A DNA stretch of 64,000 bases, from the NCBI GenBank assembly GCA_045589595.1, contig JAZNPK010000032.1, positions 53,475-117,474 on the forward strand. Reading direction: 5' to 3'. Source of the DNA: Victivallales bacterium (lineage in GTDB: Bacteria > Verrucomicrobiota > Lentisphaeria > Victivallales > UBA1829). A model generated the notes under the pieces. That model was not told the DNA's origin and searched no databases. It saw nothing but the letters and a program-made list of their open reading frames with translations. Shown one piece after another: positions 9,585 through 19,099 of this stretch; position 1 is the stretch's first letter; each line of letters starts with the position of its first letter. The translations under genes and the position numbers were made by a program.

Positions 9585-10733
9585 TTATTTCAAGCCGAAT
9601 TTATGCAGTAATTCTTCTTCGCGTTTAGCGGTGGAGGCGGGAACATCTTCCGGCTGATAGGTATCGGGATCGATATCGGGGAAGAGTTCTTCGTCCTGCT
9701 CACTGATATTTGTTGTGGCGGGAGCCGGATTGATTTCTTCAGGGGCGGCGGTGTTTGTTTCTTCCTGTTGGGTGTCGCCGTTATTGGAGATATGCGTCAG
9801 GTTCAGTGCTGCCTGTTCTGCGGCGAGGAGTTCGTTCATCATATTTTTCCGGATGGAACCTGCGTTTGCGGCGCGGAGTTTATCAATGAGTGTGCGTTGT
9901 GAATTGATATAGCCGGCTTCATCGATTTCGGCGATATGTGCGGCTTTCATCAATTTTTTAGTCGGGGGATCGCACGGGATACCGCGGACGGTGCAATCGA
10001 TATAATTCACGAACTGGAGCAAAGCGGTTTCAAAGAGATATTCTTCGGGGAGAGCGTCTTCGTGGTGATGGTGTTGAGCGACGACTTTCCATACTTCATC
10101 GTGGAAGCCCCATGCGCGGAGGAGTTCGGCGCCGGTTTCGCTGTGATTGGTCTGGAGGACGGCGGTTTCCAGTTTATACATCGGTACATTTTTACTGGAT
10201 TCCGCGTGATTTTCCACGATTTTATATTTTTTCGGGGACCAATCGCGGAACACGTTTTTACCGATATCGTGCAGATGTGCAGCGAGGATGAGGTGAGGAT
10301 TTTCGATCCCGTTATCTTCGAGGATGCTTTCCATCAGGATCCGGCATGAGTAGGAATGGTTCCATTCGATTTCTTCCATGCGGTCGAATGAATCCAACAT
10401 GCGGGGGACATACATCAACTGTTTCAGCCGTTCGATCGTCAGCATTTCCACGGCGTCGCGGATGGATGCGGGTTCCACGCCGGGAAAACTTTTATAGAAG
10501 AGGCGCAGCAGTTGAGCGAGCATGACATGATCGTGTTCGATACTGCTTGCGACTGCGTTATGATCGCCGGGATCGTTTTTGATAATGGACGAAAGTTCCA
10601 GCATGGAATAAGACGGCAGGGGGAGAGATTCCAACTGTTGTATGCGTGTGAACAACAATTTCATTTCCAGCTGGGAGGCTTTTGAAACTTGATTCGGTCT
10701 GATCGGGGCAGTTGACATGGCTGTTTCCTCCAA
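9585..10733 (-). CDS. HDOD domain-containing signalling protein
   Basis: HDOD-type N-terminal pattern (LPSYSMLELSSIIKNDPGDHNAVASSIEHDHVMLAQLLRL), then the HD-like segment AAHLHDIGK. Acidic C-terminal tail. Confidence 0.7.
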   Translation of the reverse strand: MEETAMSTAPIRPNQVSKASQLEMKLLFTRIQQLESLPLPSYSMLELSSIIKNDPGDHNAVASSIEHDHVMLAQLLRLFYKSFPGVEPASIRDAVEMLTIERLKQLMYVPRMLDSFDRMEEIEWNHSYSCRILMESILEDNGIENPHLILAAHLHDIGKNVFRDWSPKKYKIVENHAESSKNVPMYKLETAVLQTNHSETGAELLRAWGFHDEVWKVVAQHHHHEDALPEEYLFETALLQFVNYIDCTVRGIPCDPPTKKLMKAAHIAEIDEAGYINSQRTLIDKLRAANAGSIRKNMMNELLAAEQAALNLTHISNNGDTQQEETNTAAPEEINPAPATTNISEQDEELFPDIDPDTYQPEDVPASTAKREEELLHKFGLK

Positions 10734-10935
10734 AGTTCGCTATCACATAAATATTTATCTGCATCAATTTAATTATACAAAAAACAAGATGAAAAATCAA
10801 CCCCTGTAATACAAAAATAATCCTCAAAATCTGAAATTTCATTGGATTTTTTTAAAAATGAGGGCATATTATCAGTGATGTTGTTTTACGATGCCGGTCA
10901 ACCGGCAGCAGCGGAGAGGAAAGGCGTGGTTTTCT

Positions 10936-12150
10936 ATGGACAGAAAAATTTATGAGATCGATATTGATTCATTTGCGTTCGGCGGTGCCGGGATCGGCAG
11001 ATTGCCTGACGGAAAGATTTGTTTTGTCCGCGGAACTGTTCCGGGTGAACGGGTGGAGATCGAAGTCACGGATGATAAAGCATCTTATGCGTACGGCAGA
11101 CTTCTTTCTGTGAAAAAAGCCTCCCGCAACCGGATCACGCCGGAATGTCCTCTTGCCATTTCGGAATGTGATCACGCCAAATCCTGTCCGGGCTGTTCTT
11201 ACGGACATGTGGATTACCGTACGGAACTGCAGTGGAAACAGCGTCAGCTGGAAGGTTTTCTTTTGCGCGGAGATCTTGTGGAGCGCAGCCGGATCCGTCC
11301 GCCGGAGGGCGCACCTGCCCGTTACGGATGGCGGAACAAGATCCGTCTGGCAGTCGGTGAAAACAATACGCTCGGTTATCACGGCAGCGATAATGTGCGG
11401 ATCCTGGATGTGAAAGATTGTCCGCTTGCCCGGAAATCCATCCGTGAAGCGTTATCGGAATACCGTGAAAAGCCCCGCGACAGCAAAGTTACCCATGTGA
11501 CATTCCGCTGGACGCTGCGCGACGGCGTGCTTATCCGCCCCAATACGGAACCTGCCGGGACCCGTTTTCTGACGGAACAGCTCGGTCATTCCGGAGATTT
11601 TCTCGTACCTGAAAATTCCTTTTTCCAGATCAATGTGCCGATGGCGGTGAAACTTGCCGATGCGGCAGCGGTCCGGATCGAAGCCGGTGGAGCGTCCAAT
11701 CTGCTGGAACTGTATTGCGGAGCCGGTGTACTGTCGCTGGCGGCGGCACAGAGTCTGCCTCATCTCCGGGTCCGGGGTGTGGAATTGGACAAACTGGCGA
11801 TCCAGGCGGCGCGGCTCAATGCAAAAAAACGGAATCTTTCCAGCCGCTGCCGATACGAAGCCGGTGATGCGGAAGCGTCTTTCTGGACATTTGCCCGGGA
11901 ACTGCCCGCTGAAAAAACAATGGTGCTGGTGGATCCGCCGCGCTGCGGTCTGACTGCCGGACTCTGCCGTAAAATGTTGTCGTACAAACCCCGTTCCATC
12001 CTTTATATTTCCTGTGCGCCTGATACACTGCGGCGCGATCTTGAGATCCTGACAAACGGCGGGTATGAAGTCTGCGATGTGAAATTGTTTGATCTTTTTC
12101 CGACGACTGCGCATTTTGAGACGATGACCGTTCTGCGGAGGAAAAGATGA
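10936..12150 (+). CDS. RumA/TrmA-family (uracil-5)-RNA methyltransferase
   Basis: TRAM-like N-terminus. Cys cluster CPLAISECDHAKSCPGC. SAM motif LELYCGAGVLSL, plus VLVDPPRCG and YISCAPDTLRRDL. The ATG at 10936 is preferred (GGAGAGGAAAGG upstream). 10891 is the alternative start. Confidence 0.8.
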   Translation: MDRKIYEIDIDSFAFGGAGIGRLPDGKICFVRGTVPGERVEIEVTDDKASYAYGRLLSVKKASRNRITPECPLAISECDHAKSCPGCSYGHVDYRTELQWKQRQLEGFLLRGDLVERSRIRPPEGAPARYGWRNKIRLAVGENNTLGYHGSDNVRILDVKDCPLARKSIREALSEYREKPRDSKVTHVTFRWTLRDGVLIRPNTEPAGTRFLTEQLGHSGDFLVPENSFFQINVPMAVKLADAAAVRIEAGGASNLLELYCGAGVLSLAAAQSLPHLRVRGVELDKLAIQAARLNAKKRNLSSRCRYEAGDAEASFWTFARELPAEKTMVLVDPPRCGLTAGLCRKMLSYKPRSILYISCAPDTLRRDLEILTNGGYEVCDVKLFDLFPTTAHFETMTVLRRKR

Positions 12151-12980
12151 GTGAATCCCGCCGCGGCAGGGAGGGGGACGGACACCGGAAACGACTGCGG
12201 GAAAAATTTCTGCGGGCGGGCGATAAGGCGTTCTTTGATTACGAATTGCTGGAACTGTTTCTTTCTTATGCCATTCCCCGGCGGGATGTGAAACCGCTGG
12301 CGAAACGGCTTCTGACGCGGTTCAAAACCCTGGGCGGTCTGCTGGATACCACTCCGGCTGAACTGATGGCGGAGGAAGGTGTCGGGGAAAGTGCCGCGAT
12401 CCTGATCAAACTGATCCGTACATTTATGGTCAAATATCTGGAACAGAATCTGCGTCAGGCGGAATTCATGGACAGTGCGGAGCAGTTCTGCGATTATGCG
12501 CGCGCCCGTCTCGGCGAATACGATAATGAAGCCATGATGATCTTTTTTCTGAATACCCAGAATATGCTGATCGATGTGGAAGTGATCAGTGAAGGTGCTG
12601 TGGATTGCGTGGTGGTCTTCCCGTCCGTGGTGGCAAAACGGGCATTGATGTATTCGGCAAAATCCGTGGTCCTCTGTCACAACCACCCCAGTGGTGTGGT
12701 AACGCCCTCCAAAGCCGATAACCGGGTGACGCTGGAAGTACGGACTGCGCTTGCTCCGTTGAAAATTCAGCTGCTGGATCATATCATCGTTTCAAAATTC
12801 GGCTATTACAGTTACCGGTATGCCGACCGGAAAAAAGCCGGAGCGTTCCGGATGCTGGAGCCGCTGGAAGAAGTCTGCCGCGAAACCGGAACAGGCGGAA
12901 AATATACATGTGATTTTCTGGTGGCGGAAGAAGAGACCGTTGACCGGAAGGAACAGAAAACGGAGGAGGAAAACTCATGA
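12147..12980 (+). CDS. radC: RadC-family JAB/MPN domain protein
   Basis: HRKRLREKFL N-terminus and JAB motif LCHNHPSGVVTPSKAD. ATGA overlap with the upstream gene. Confidence 0.85.
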   Translation: MSESRRGREGDGHRKRLREKFLRAGDKAFFDYELLELFLSYAIPRRDVKPLAKRLLTRFKTLGGLLDTTPAELMAEEGVGESAAILIKLIRTFMVKYLEQNLRQAEFMDSAEQFCDYARARLGEYDNEAMMIFFLNTQNMLIDVEVISEGAVDCVVVFPSVVAKRALMYSAKSVVLCHNHPSGVVTPSKADNRVTLEVRTALAPLKIQLLDHIIVSKFGYYSYRYADRKKAGAFRMLEPLEEVCRETGTGGKYTCDFLVAEEETVDRKEQKTEEENS

Positions 12981-13360
12981 TCGCCGGATTGGGAACGGAT
13001 ATTGTGGAAATGGACCGCATCAGAAAAGCGGTGGAAAAATCGGATCTTTTTGCAGCGTATCTCCTGAGCAGTGCGGAACTTGCGTTGATCGCAGACTGGT
13101 CCGTCAGCCGGAAAGTGGAATTCATGGCGGGCAGATGGGCAGCCAAAGAAGCATTCGCCAAAGCGCTGGGAACGGGGCTCGGTGCAAAATGTTCCTTTGC
13201 GGATCTGACGATCCTGCCGGATGAAAACGGGGTGCCGGTCCTGAGCGGGATCACCGGATCCGCCGCAGAGACCTGGAAAGAAAAAGGTATCGTGAAAGCG
13301 CATATTTCCATCAGTCACGAGCGTCATTATGCGATGGCGACGGTGCTTCTTGAGCGGTGA
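12977..13360 (+). CDS. acpS: Holo-[acyl-carrier-protein] synthase
   Basis: 127 aa. GLGTDIVEMDRI N-terminus and WAAKEAFAKALGTG motif. Confidence 0.85.
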   Translation: MIAGLGTDIVEMDRIRKAVEKSDLFAAYLLSSAELALIADWSVSRKVEFMAGRWAAKEAFAKALGTGLGAKCSFADLTILPDENGVPVLSGITGSAAETWKEKGIVKAHISISHERHYAMATVLLER

Positions 13361-13407
13361 AAAAATAAAAAAATGTAAAATTTCATGTGAAAATAAGGGA
13401 TAAGTAT

Positions 13408-13435
13408 TTGAAATTCTGCAAAAATGTGCTAAATT
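13408..13435 (+). promoter_or_regulatory. Sigma70-like promoter candidate for rpmF-plsX-fabH
   Basis: TTGAAA (13408-13413), 16-nt spacer, TGC-TAAATT (extended -10-like, -10 at 13430-13435). Lies about 50 nt upstream of the rpmF ATG. Confidence 0.35.
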
Positions 13436-13487
13436 ACTTTTTCCGTGAGAACATACTGAACTTTTATCATAATCAGGAGTACGAAAA

Positions 13488-13664
13488 ATGGCCGTTCCAA
13501 AAAGAAAACAGTCCAAGATGAAAAAACGTCAGCGTCAGGCGGCAAACCGCTACGAAGGCGTTCAGGCGACTTTCTGCAAGAACTGCGGCAAGCCCGCTTC
13601 CCCGCACAGCGTGTGTGAACATTGCGGTACTTACAAGGGCAAACAGATCATTACGGTCGGCTGA
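13488..13664 (+). CDS. rpmF: 50S ribosomal protein L32
   Basis: Not in the ORF track (58 aa is below its cutoff). Translation: MAVPKRKQSKMKKRQRQAANRYEGVQATFCKNCGKPASPHSVCEHCGTYKGKQIITVG. This has the canonical MAVPKRK start and a CxxC..CxxC zinc ribbon. AGGAG lies 8 nt upstream. Classic rpmF-plsX-fabH synteny. Confidence 0.9.
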   Translation: MAVPKRKQSKMKKRQRQAANRYEGVQATFCKNCGKPASPHSVCEHCGTYKGKQIITVG

Positions 13665-13692
13665 CCCTTCCCCGGACGGAGGCCGGACCCGG

Positions 13693-14745
13693 ATGAAAAT
13701 TGCAGTTGATGCCATGGGTGGCGATTATGCGCCCGGAGTCGTGATCGAAGCGGTTGCGACTGCGCTGAAAGAGCTGCCCGAAGTGGAAATCATTCTTGTG
13801 GGAAATCTTCCCAAACTTCAGTATCACCTTGCGAAAGCGAAACTGAAGGAGTCATCCCGTTTGTCCTTTGTCCATGCGGAGGAAGTTGTGGAGATGGGTG
13901 AACCCTCCACCAACGCAGTCCGCACCAAACGTCATTCATCGATCACCGTCTGTGCCGAGCTTGTGAAAGCCGGCAAGGCGGCAGCGATCGTTTCCGCCGG
14001 TCATACCGGAGCTGCAGTCGCCGCTACGAAAGTGCGGTTGCGCATGGTTCCGGGTGTTGAACGGCCTGCCATTGCCACGCTTCTGCCAGCCATCGGCGGA
14101 AAATTCATCATGGTGGATGCCGGCGCCAATACGGATTGCGATCCGTTGAATCTGGCACAATTTGCTGTGATGGGCGAGATTTATTCCAAACTCTTTCTCG
14201 GCGTGGAAAATCCCCGTGTCGGTCTGCTGTCCGTGGGCGGCGAGGATGTAAAAGGCAACGCCCTTACCAAAGAAACTTTCAAGATCCTTTCCCGGATGCC
14301 CATTAATTTTATCGGAAATGTTGAAGGACACGATCTCTTCAATCTGGGGGCGGATGTGGTGGTTTGCGATGGTTTCAGCGGCAATGTGGTGCTGAAATCG
14401 GTGGAAAGTATCAGTCATGCCATCGGTTACTGGCTGAAACAGGCACTGATGAAAAATGTTTTCCGGAAAACCGGAGCGATCCTTGCGCAGAATGCGTTCA
14501 AGGACCTGAAAAATGTGAGTAACTACGAAGAATACGGCGGGGCGCCGCTTCTCGGCATCAACGGGATCTGTATCATCGGTCACGGAGCCAGTACCGCCCG
14601 CGCAGTGTTCAATGCGATCCGTGTAGCGGATGGTTTTGCGCGTAAAGCCATGCCGGATCTGATCTCCAAACGGATCTTTGAATGTAATGTGGCGTTCGGC
14701 GGTCATGCGGGCGAGACAACAGCCACCGGCGAACAGCAGACATAA
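13693..14745 (+). CDS. plsX: Phosphate acyltransferase PlsX
   Basis: MKIAVDAMGGDYAP N-terminus, plus GHTGA and GAPLLGINGICIIGHGAS motifs. The track start 13615 would overlap rpmF, so the ATG at 13693 is preferred. Confidence 0.9.
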   Translation: MKIAVDAMGGDYAPGVVIEAVATALKELPEVEIILVGNLPKLQYHLAKAKLKESSRLSFVHAEEVVEMGEPSTNAVRTKRHSSITVCAELVKAGKAAAIVSAGHTGAAVAATKVRLRMVPGVERPAIATLLPAIGGKFIMVDAGANTDCDPLNLAQFAVMGEIYSKLFLGVENPRVGLLSVGGEDVKGNALTKETFKILSRMPINFIGNVEGHDLFNLGADVVVCDGFSGNVVLKSVESISHAIGYWLKQALMKNVFRKTGAILAQNAFKDLKNVSNYEEYGGAPLLGINGICIIGHGASTARAVFNAIRVADGFARKAMPDLISKRIFECNVAFGGHAGETTATGEQQT

Positions 14746-14760
14746 CGGGGTATTTTCAAT

Positions 14761-15753
14761 ATGGCAATCAGAATAGCAGGTACCGGTTGTTTTATTCCGG
14801 AGCGGATCCTGACGAATCAGGATCTGGAAAAAATGGTTGATACCAACGACGAATGGATCACGACCCGTACCGGTATCAAACAGCGTCATATTGCCCCGAA
14901 GGAAATGCCCAACTCCGATATGGCACTGGATGCAGCGCGGAAAGCGATTGCGAACGCGGGGATCCAGCCGGATGATCTTGATTTTATCATCATTGCCACC
15001 GCGTCGGGCGACTATCAGTTCCCCTCCACTTCCTGCATCCTGCAGGGCAAACTGGGATTATCCAAACATTGTGCCTGTTTTGATGTGGCGGCTGCCTGTT
15101 CCGGTCTCATTTATTCGATGGATATCGGGACAAATCTGCTCCGCGGACATAAAAATTACAAATACGGTCTGGTGATCGGTTCCGAAAAATTGTCCTTCCT
15201 GGTGGACTGGCGTGACCGTGCGACCTGCGTGCTGTTCGGCGATGCCGCCTCTGCCGTGGTCCTGAAAAAAGATGATACGGAAGAAGATGATTTCCTGCTG
15301 GCATCCTGTCTGGGTGCAAACGGGATCCATACTGCGCTGCTGTACCAGCCTGTGGGCGGTTCTGCCTGTCCCGTGACCCACGAAAATATCGACAGTCACG
15401 GCAAATATCTGAATATGGGCGGACCTGAAGTGTTCAAACTGGCGGTCCCTGCCATGGTTCAGGCGGCGAAAAGTGTTCTTGCGGACGCGGGTGTGGAAAG
15501 TTCCCGTCTCCGTTGGGTCATTCCCCATCAGGCGAACAAACGTATCATCGATGCTGTGGCGTCCCGGCTGGATGTATCGCCGGAGCGTGTTTATATCAAC
15601 ATCCACAATTACGGCAACACCTCTGCCGCATCCATCGGCATCTGCCTTGATGAACTGAACCGGTCCGGACAGCTTCAGAGCGGCGATCTTGTGCTGGTGA
15701 CTTCTTTCGGAGCCGGTATGACTTGGGCTGCCGCACTCATCCGCTGGGGATGA
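14761..15753 (+). CDS. fabH: 3-oxoacyl-ACP synthase III
   Basis: Active-site Cys context DVAAACSGLIYS. HQANKRII and NYGNTSAAS motifs. 330 aa. Confidence 0.9.
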   Translation: MAIRIAGTGCFIPERILTNQDLEKMVDTNDEWITTRTGIKQRHIAPKEMPNSDMALDAARKAIANAGIQPDDLDFIIIATASGDYQFPSTSCILQGKLGLSKHCACFDVAAACSGLIYSMDIGTNLLRGHKNYKYGLVIGSEKLSFLVDWRDRATCVLFGDAASAVVLKKDDTEEDDFLLASCLGANGIHTALLYQPVGGSACPVTHENIDSHGKYLNMGGPEVFKLAVPAMVQAAKSVLADAGVESSRLRWVIPHQANKRIIDAVASRLDVSPERVYINIHNYGNTSAASIGICLDELNRSGQLQSGDLVLVTSFGAGMTWAAALIRWG

Positions 15754-15760
15754 TCTCACG

Positions 15761-16117
15761 ATGACGGCAGTGACACGATTTCTGCTGTTGATCCTTCTTG
15801 TCGGCAGTTTTGCCGCCCTCGGTTTCACTTTGCCCGAAGATACTGTTCATTCCGGGATCGCGCCTGTGGAAGATTTTCTGCTGCGGACTGTCCGCCGGAT
15901 CAATGACGCCTGGCTGATGGCGGATATTGAATTTGACCGGGCGGGACAGGTCGTTGCTGAAACCCCGGAGCGGATCGGGGAGGCGATCCGTCAGAAAACG
16001 GAAGATGCAGTCAAAGATGCCATCCGCGATCAGGTGAATCAGCATCTCGGCGGTGCCCCGGCAGATCCCGTTCCGCAGACGCCGGAAACTCCGCCGGTCC
16101 CGGCTCCCGCACAGTGA
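15761..16117 (+). CDS. Hypothetical small membrane/secreted protein
   Basis: 118 aa. N-terminal hydrophobic helix (FLLLILLVGSFAALGF) and a Pro-rich C-terminus. No recognisable family. Confidence 0.4.
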   Translation: MTAVTRFLLLILLVGSFAALGFTLPEDTVHSGIAPVEDFLLRTVRRINDAWLMADIEFDRAGQVVAETPERIGEAIRQKTEDAVKDAIRDQVNQHLGGAPADPVPQTPETPPVPAPAQ

Positions 16118-16142
16118 CAACTGCGCTGCCGGGTGCTTTTTT
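16099..16142 (+). terminator. Possible intrinsic terminator at the end of the rpmF-plsX-fabH cluster
   Basis: CCCGGC (16099-16104) pairs with GCCGGG (16128-16133), with inner pairing CGCACAGT/ACTGCG. Followed by TGC and T6 (16137-16142). Confidence 0.45.
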
Positions 16143-16156
16143 CCGGAAGATCTTTC

Positions 16157-16184
16157 TTGTTTTTCAGTTGTCTTGTGCTATATT
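16157..16184 (+). promoter_or_regulatory. Sigma70-like promoter candidate for uvrA
   Basis: TTGTTT (16157-16162), 16-nt spacer, TGC-TATATT (-10 at 16179-16184). The 12-mer TATATTACGCAG recurs exactly upstream of hom (37791-37802). Confidence 0.35.
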
Positions 16185-16219
16185 ACGCAGAAGACAGAGC
16201 TGTTGGAGGAGGAAGAGTT

Positions 16220-19099
16220 ATGACAGATATAATCATCCGGGGTGCTTCCGAGCATAACCTGAAACATATTGATGTGACCATCCCGCGGGATTCTCTTACG
16301 GTGATCACCGGACTTTCCGGATCGGGAAAATCGTCCCTGGCATTCGATACCCTTTATGCAGAGGGGCAGCGCCGCTATGTGGAAAGTCTTTCCGCCTACG
16401 CCAGACAGTTTCTCGACCGGATGAGCAAACCCCGGATCGATCACATCGAAGGACTTTCCCCGGCAATCGCCATCGAACAGCGCACGGCAGGCTCCAATCC
16501 CAGATCCACAGTGGCGACCGTGACGGAGATCTATGATTATCTGCGTCTGCTGTATGCCCACACCGGGACGCCTCATTGTCCCGTCTGCGGCAAAGTGCTG
16601 AAGGCACAGAATCCCCAGACCATCTGCGCCAAACTCATGAAAGCGCCGGAAGGTGCCGCCATGATGATCCTTGCACCCTATATCGACGGGAAAAAAGGGG
16701 AACACCGGGAGGTCCTGGAAAATATCCGCAAAGATGGTTTTGTGCGCGCCCGGATCGATGGCGAGATCGTATCGCTGGAAGATGATGAGATCAAACCACT
16801 TGCAAAAACAAAACGCCATACGGTCGAAGCGGTAGTGGACCGTCTGATCTGTGGAAAGATCGATCCCTCCCGTCTGAACGATTCCGTGGAAACGGCGCTG
16901 CGCTGCGGCGGCGGAAACATGATCGTTCTGACGGAAGATGTGGCAAATCCTGACAACAATCCACGGAACCGGAAATGGCTGGAAGAAACCATCAGTGAAC
17001 ATCTCGGCTGTGCCAAATGCGGCGTATCATTTTCCCGACTGGAGCCGCGGAATTTTTCGTTCAACAGTCCTTACGGAGCGTGTCCGGTCTGCAACGGTAT
17101 CGGCACGGAATCGGTCATGGACCCTGAAAAAGTCATTCCGGATGAAAACAAATCCATCAGCAAGGGCGCGATCCCGGCATGGCGGCGCGGTCCGCGGCGG
17201 CTGATCATTTATTACAATCATCTGCTGAAAAGCCTTGCCATTCATTTTGACGAACCGGATATGCTGGATGTTCCGTGGAAAAAAATTCCGGAAAAGATCC
17301 GTCATGCCCTGCTGTACGGAACCGGTACGGAGGAAGTGGATTTCAGTTTCTGGATGCGGGGGAAACGGGTGCAGATGCGGAAACCTTTTGAAGGGATCCT
17401 GGCAAATCTCCACCGCCGCCGTCAGGAATCGGAGTCGGATTCGGTCCGTGACAGACTTGCGGAACTGACCATCCGCCAGACCTGCCCGGTCTGTCACGGG
17501 AAACGGTTGAAGCCGGAAAGTCTTGCTGTGGAAATAGCCGGAGTATCCATCGACCGTTTCAATGCCATGTCTGTGGAACAGGCGCTGCAGTTTGTATCGG
17601 AACTGAAACTGGACAAAGAAAAAACAGCCATTGCCGGAGAAATTCTGAAAGAGATCCGGAACAGACTTCATTTTCTGAAGGATGTGGGACTCGGTTATCT
17701 GACACTGGACCGGGAATCCGGTACGCTCTCCGGCGGCGAAGCACAGCGGATCAGACTGGCAACGCAGCTCGGATGCGGGCTGGTGGGCGTCCTCTACATC
17801 CTGGATGAACCCAGTATCGGACTGCATCAGCGGGACAACGATAAGCTGTTGGCGACCCTCAAACGGCTCCGGGATATCGGTAATACCGTGGTGGTGGTGG
17901 AACATGATATCGATACCATTCTTGCAGCCGATCATGTGATCGACCTCGGTCCTGCTGCCGGTGTCAACGGCGGTGAAGTTGTCGCATCCGGCAAACCGGC
18001 GCAGCTGCCGGGATTTCCCCGGTCGCTCACCGGAAAATATCTTGCGGGAACAGAATCCATTCCCGTACCCGTCAAACGGCTGGGCGGCAGCGGAAAATTT
18101 CTTGAGATCATCGGCGCGGAACACAACAATCTGAAAAAGATCGATGTATCCATTCCCCTCAACACTTTCACCTGTGTCACCGGGGTATCCGGCAGCGGAA
18201 AATCTTCGCTGATCAACGGGATTTTGCGCCGCGTATTGCAGCGTGAATTCAAAATGGCGGATGCAGAAGATGTACCCGGCAAACACAGGGCGGTCCTCGG
18301 TCTGAAACATATTGATAAAGCCATCGTGATCGATCAGACGCCCATCGGCAGAACGCCCCGGTCCAATCCGGCAACTTATACGGAAATGTTCGGTGCCATC
18401 CGCAATCTTTTTGCCGCACTGCCCGAAGCGAAACTTCGGGGATTCGGGCCCGGCAGATTCAGTTTCAACGTGAAGGGCGGCAGATGCGAGGAATGTCAGG
18501 GCGACGGCATCAAAAAAATCGAAATGCAGTTCCTGCCGGATGTGTATGTGGAATGTTCGGCGTGTCACGGAAAACGGTTCAACAACGAAACGCTTTCTGT
18601 TTGCTACAAAAAGAAAAATATTGCCGAAGTTCTGGATATGACTGTGGCGGAAGCCTGCGATTTCTTTGAAGCGGTCCCCACCATTGCCCGGAAACTCAAT
18701 ACCCTCAAAGAAGTGGGACTCGGCTATATCCAGTTGGGACAGCCCGCCACAACGCTGTCCGGCGGCGAAGCGCAGCGCGTCAAACTCGCCACAGAACTTG
18801 CCCGTGTGCCGCGCGGTCATACCATTTATATTCTGGATGAACCGACAACCGGGTTGCATATTGCTGATATCAAACAACTTCTGGATGTTTTATTCAAGTT
18901 GCGCGACAAAGGGAACACCATTCTCGTCATTGAACATAATCTGGATGTGGCGAAAGTGGCGGATCATATTATCGATCTCGGTCCCGAAGGCGGTGACGGC
19001 GGCGGTTCGCTTGTGGCTGCCGGTACGCCCGAACAGGTGGCTGCCGTGCCGGAATCTTATACCGGACAATATTTGAAACGCATCCTCGGTATCTCATGA
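16220..19099 (+). CDS. uvrA: Excinuclease ABC subunit A
   Basis: Two ABC modules: Walker A GLSGSGKSS and GVSGSGKSS, and two LSGGEAQR signatures. Zn-finger Cys pairs are present. The ATG at 16220 follows GGAGGAGG. The track start 16133 adds an implausible leader. Confidence 0.95.
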   Translation: MTDIIIRGASEHNLKHIDVTIPRDSLTVITGLSGSGKSSLAFDTLYAEGQRRYVESLSAYARQFLDRMSKPRIDHIEGLSPAIAIEQRTAGSNPRSTVATVTEIYDYLRLLYAHTGTPHCPVCGKVLKAQNPQTICAKLMKAPEGAAMMILAPYIDGKKGEHREVLENIRKDGFVRARIDGEIVSLEDDEIKPLAKTKRHTVEAVVDRLICGKIDPSRLNDSVETALRCGGGNMIVLTEDVANPDNNPRNRKWLEETISEHLGCAKCGVSFSRLEPRNFSFNSPYGACPVCNGIGTESVMDPEKVIPDENKSISKGAIPAWRRGPRRLIIYYNHLLKSLAIHFDEPDMLDVPWKKIPEKIRHALLYGTGTEEVDFSFWMRGKRVQMRKPFEGILANLHRRRQESESDSVRDRLAELTIRQTCPVCHGKRLKPESLAVEIAGVSIDRFNAMSVEQALQFVSELKLDKEKTAIAGEILKEIRNRLHFLKDVGLGYLTLDRESGTLSGGEAQRIRLATQLGCGLVGVLYILDEPSIGLHQRDNDKLLATLKRLRDIGNTVVVVEHDIDTILAADHVIDLGPAAGVNGGEVVASGKPAQLPGFPRSLTGKYLAGTESIPVPVKRLGGSGKFLEIIGAEHNNLKKIDVSIPLNTFTCVTGVSGSGKSSLINGILRRVLQREFKMADAEDVPGKHRAVLGLKHIDKAIVIDQTPIGRTPRSNPATYTEMFGAIRNLFAALPEAKLRGFGPGRFSFNVKGGRCEECQGDGIKKIEMQFLPDVYVECSACHGKRFNNETLSVCYKKKNIAEVLDMTVAEACDFFEAVPTIARKLNTLKEVGLGYIQLGQPATTLSGGEAQRVKLATELARVPRGHTIYILDEPTTGLHIADIKQLLDVLFKLRDKGNTILVIEHNLDVAKVADHIIDLGPEGGDGGGSLVAAGTPEQVAAVPESYTGQYLKRILGIS

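Noticed and set aside
12319-12329. tRNA T-arm-like GGTTCAAAACC
   Set aside because: It lies inside the radC coding frame with no flanking acceptor or anticodon stems. I saw no convincing tRNA, rRNA, tmRNA, RNase P or SRP RNA signatures anywhere in the intergenic regions.
17027-18877. 616-aa minus-strand ORF inside uvrA. Similar shadows occur at 6736-8166, 24192-25574, 29530-30975, 37652-39232, 39114-40259, 45400-47148 and 49574-50944.
   Set aside because: All lie antisense to genes with strong family signatures, and none has a recognisable motif. They are stop-codon-poor reverse frames.
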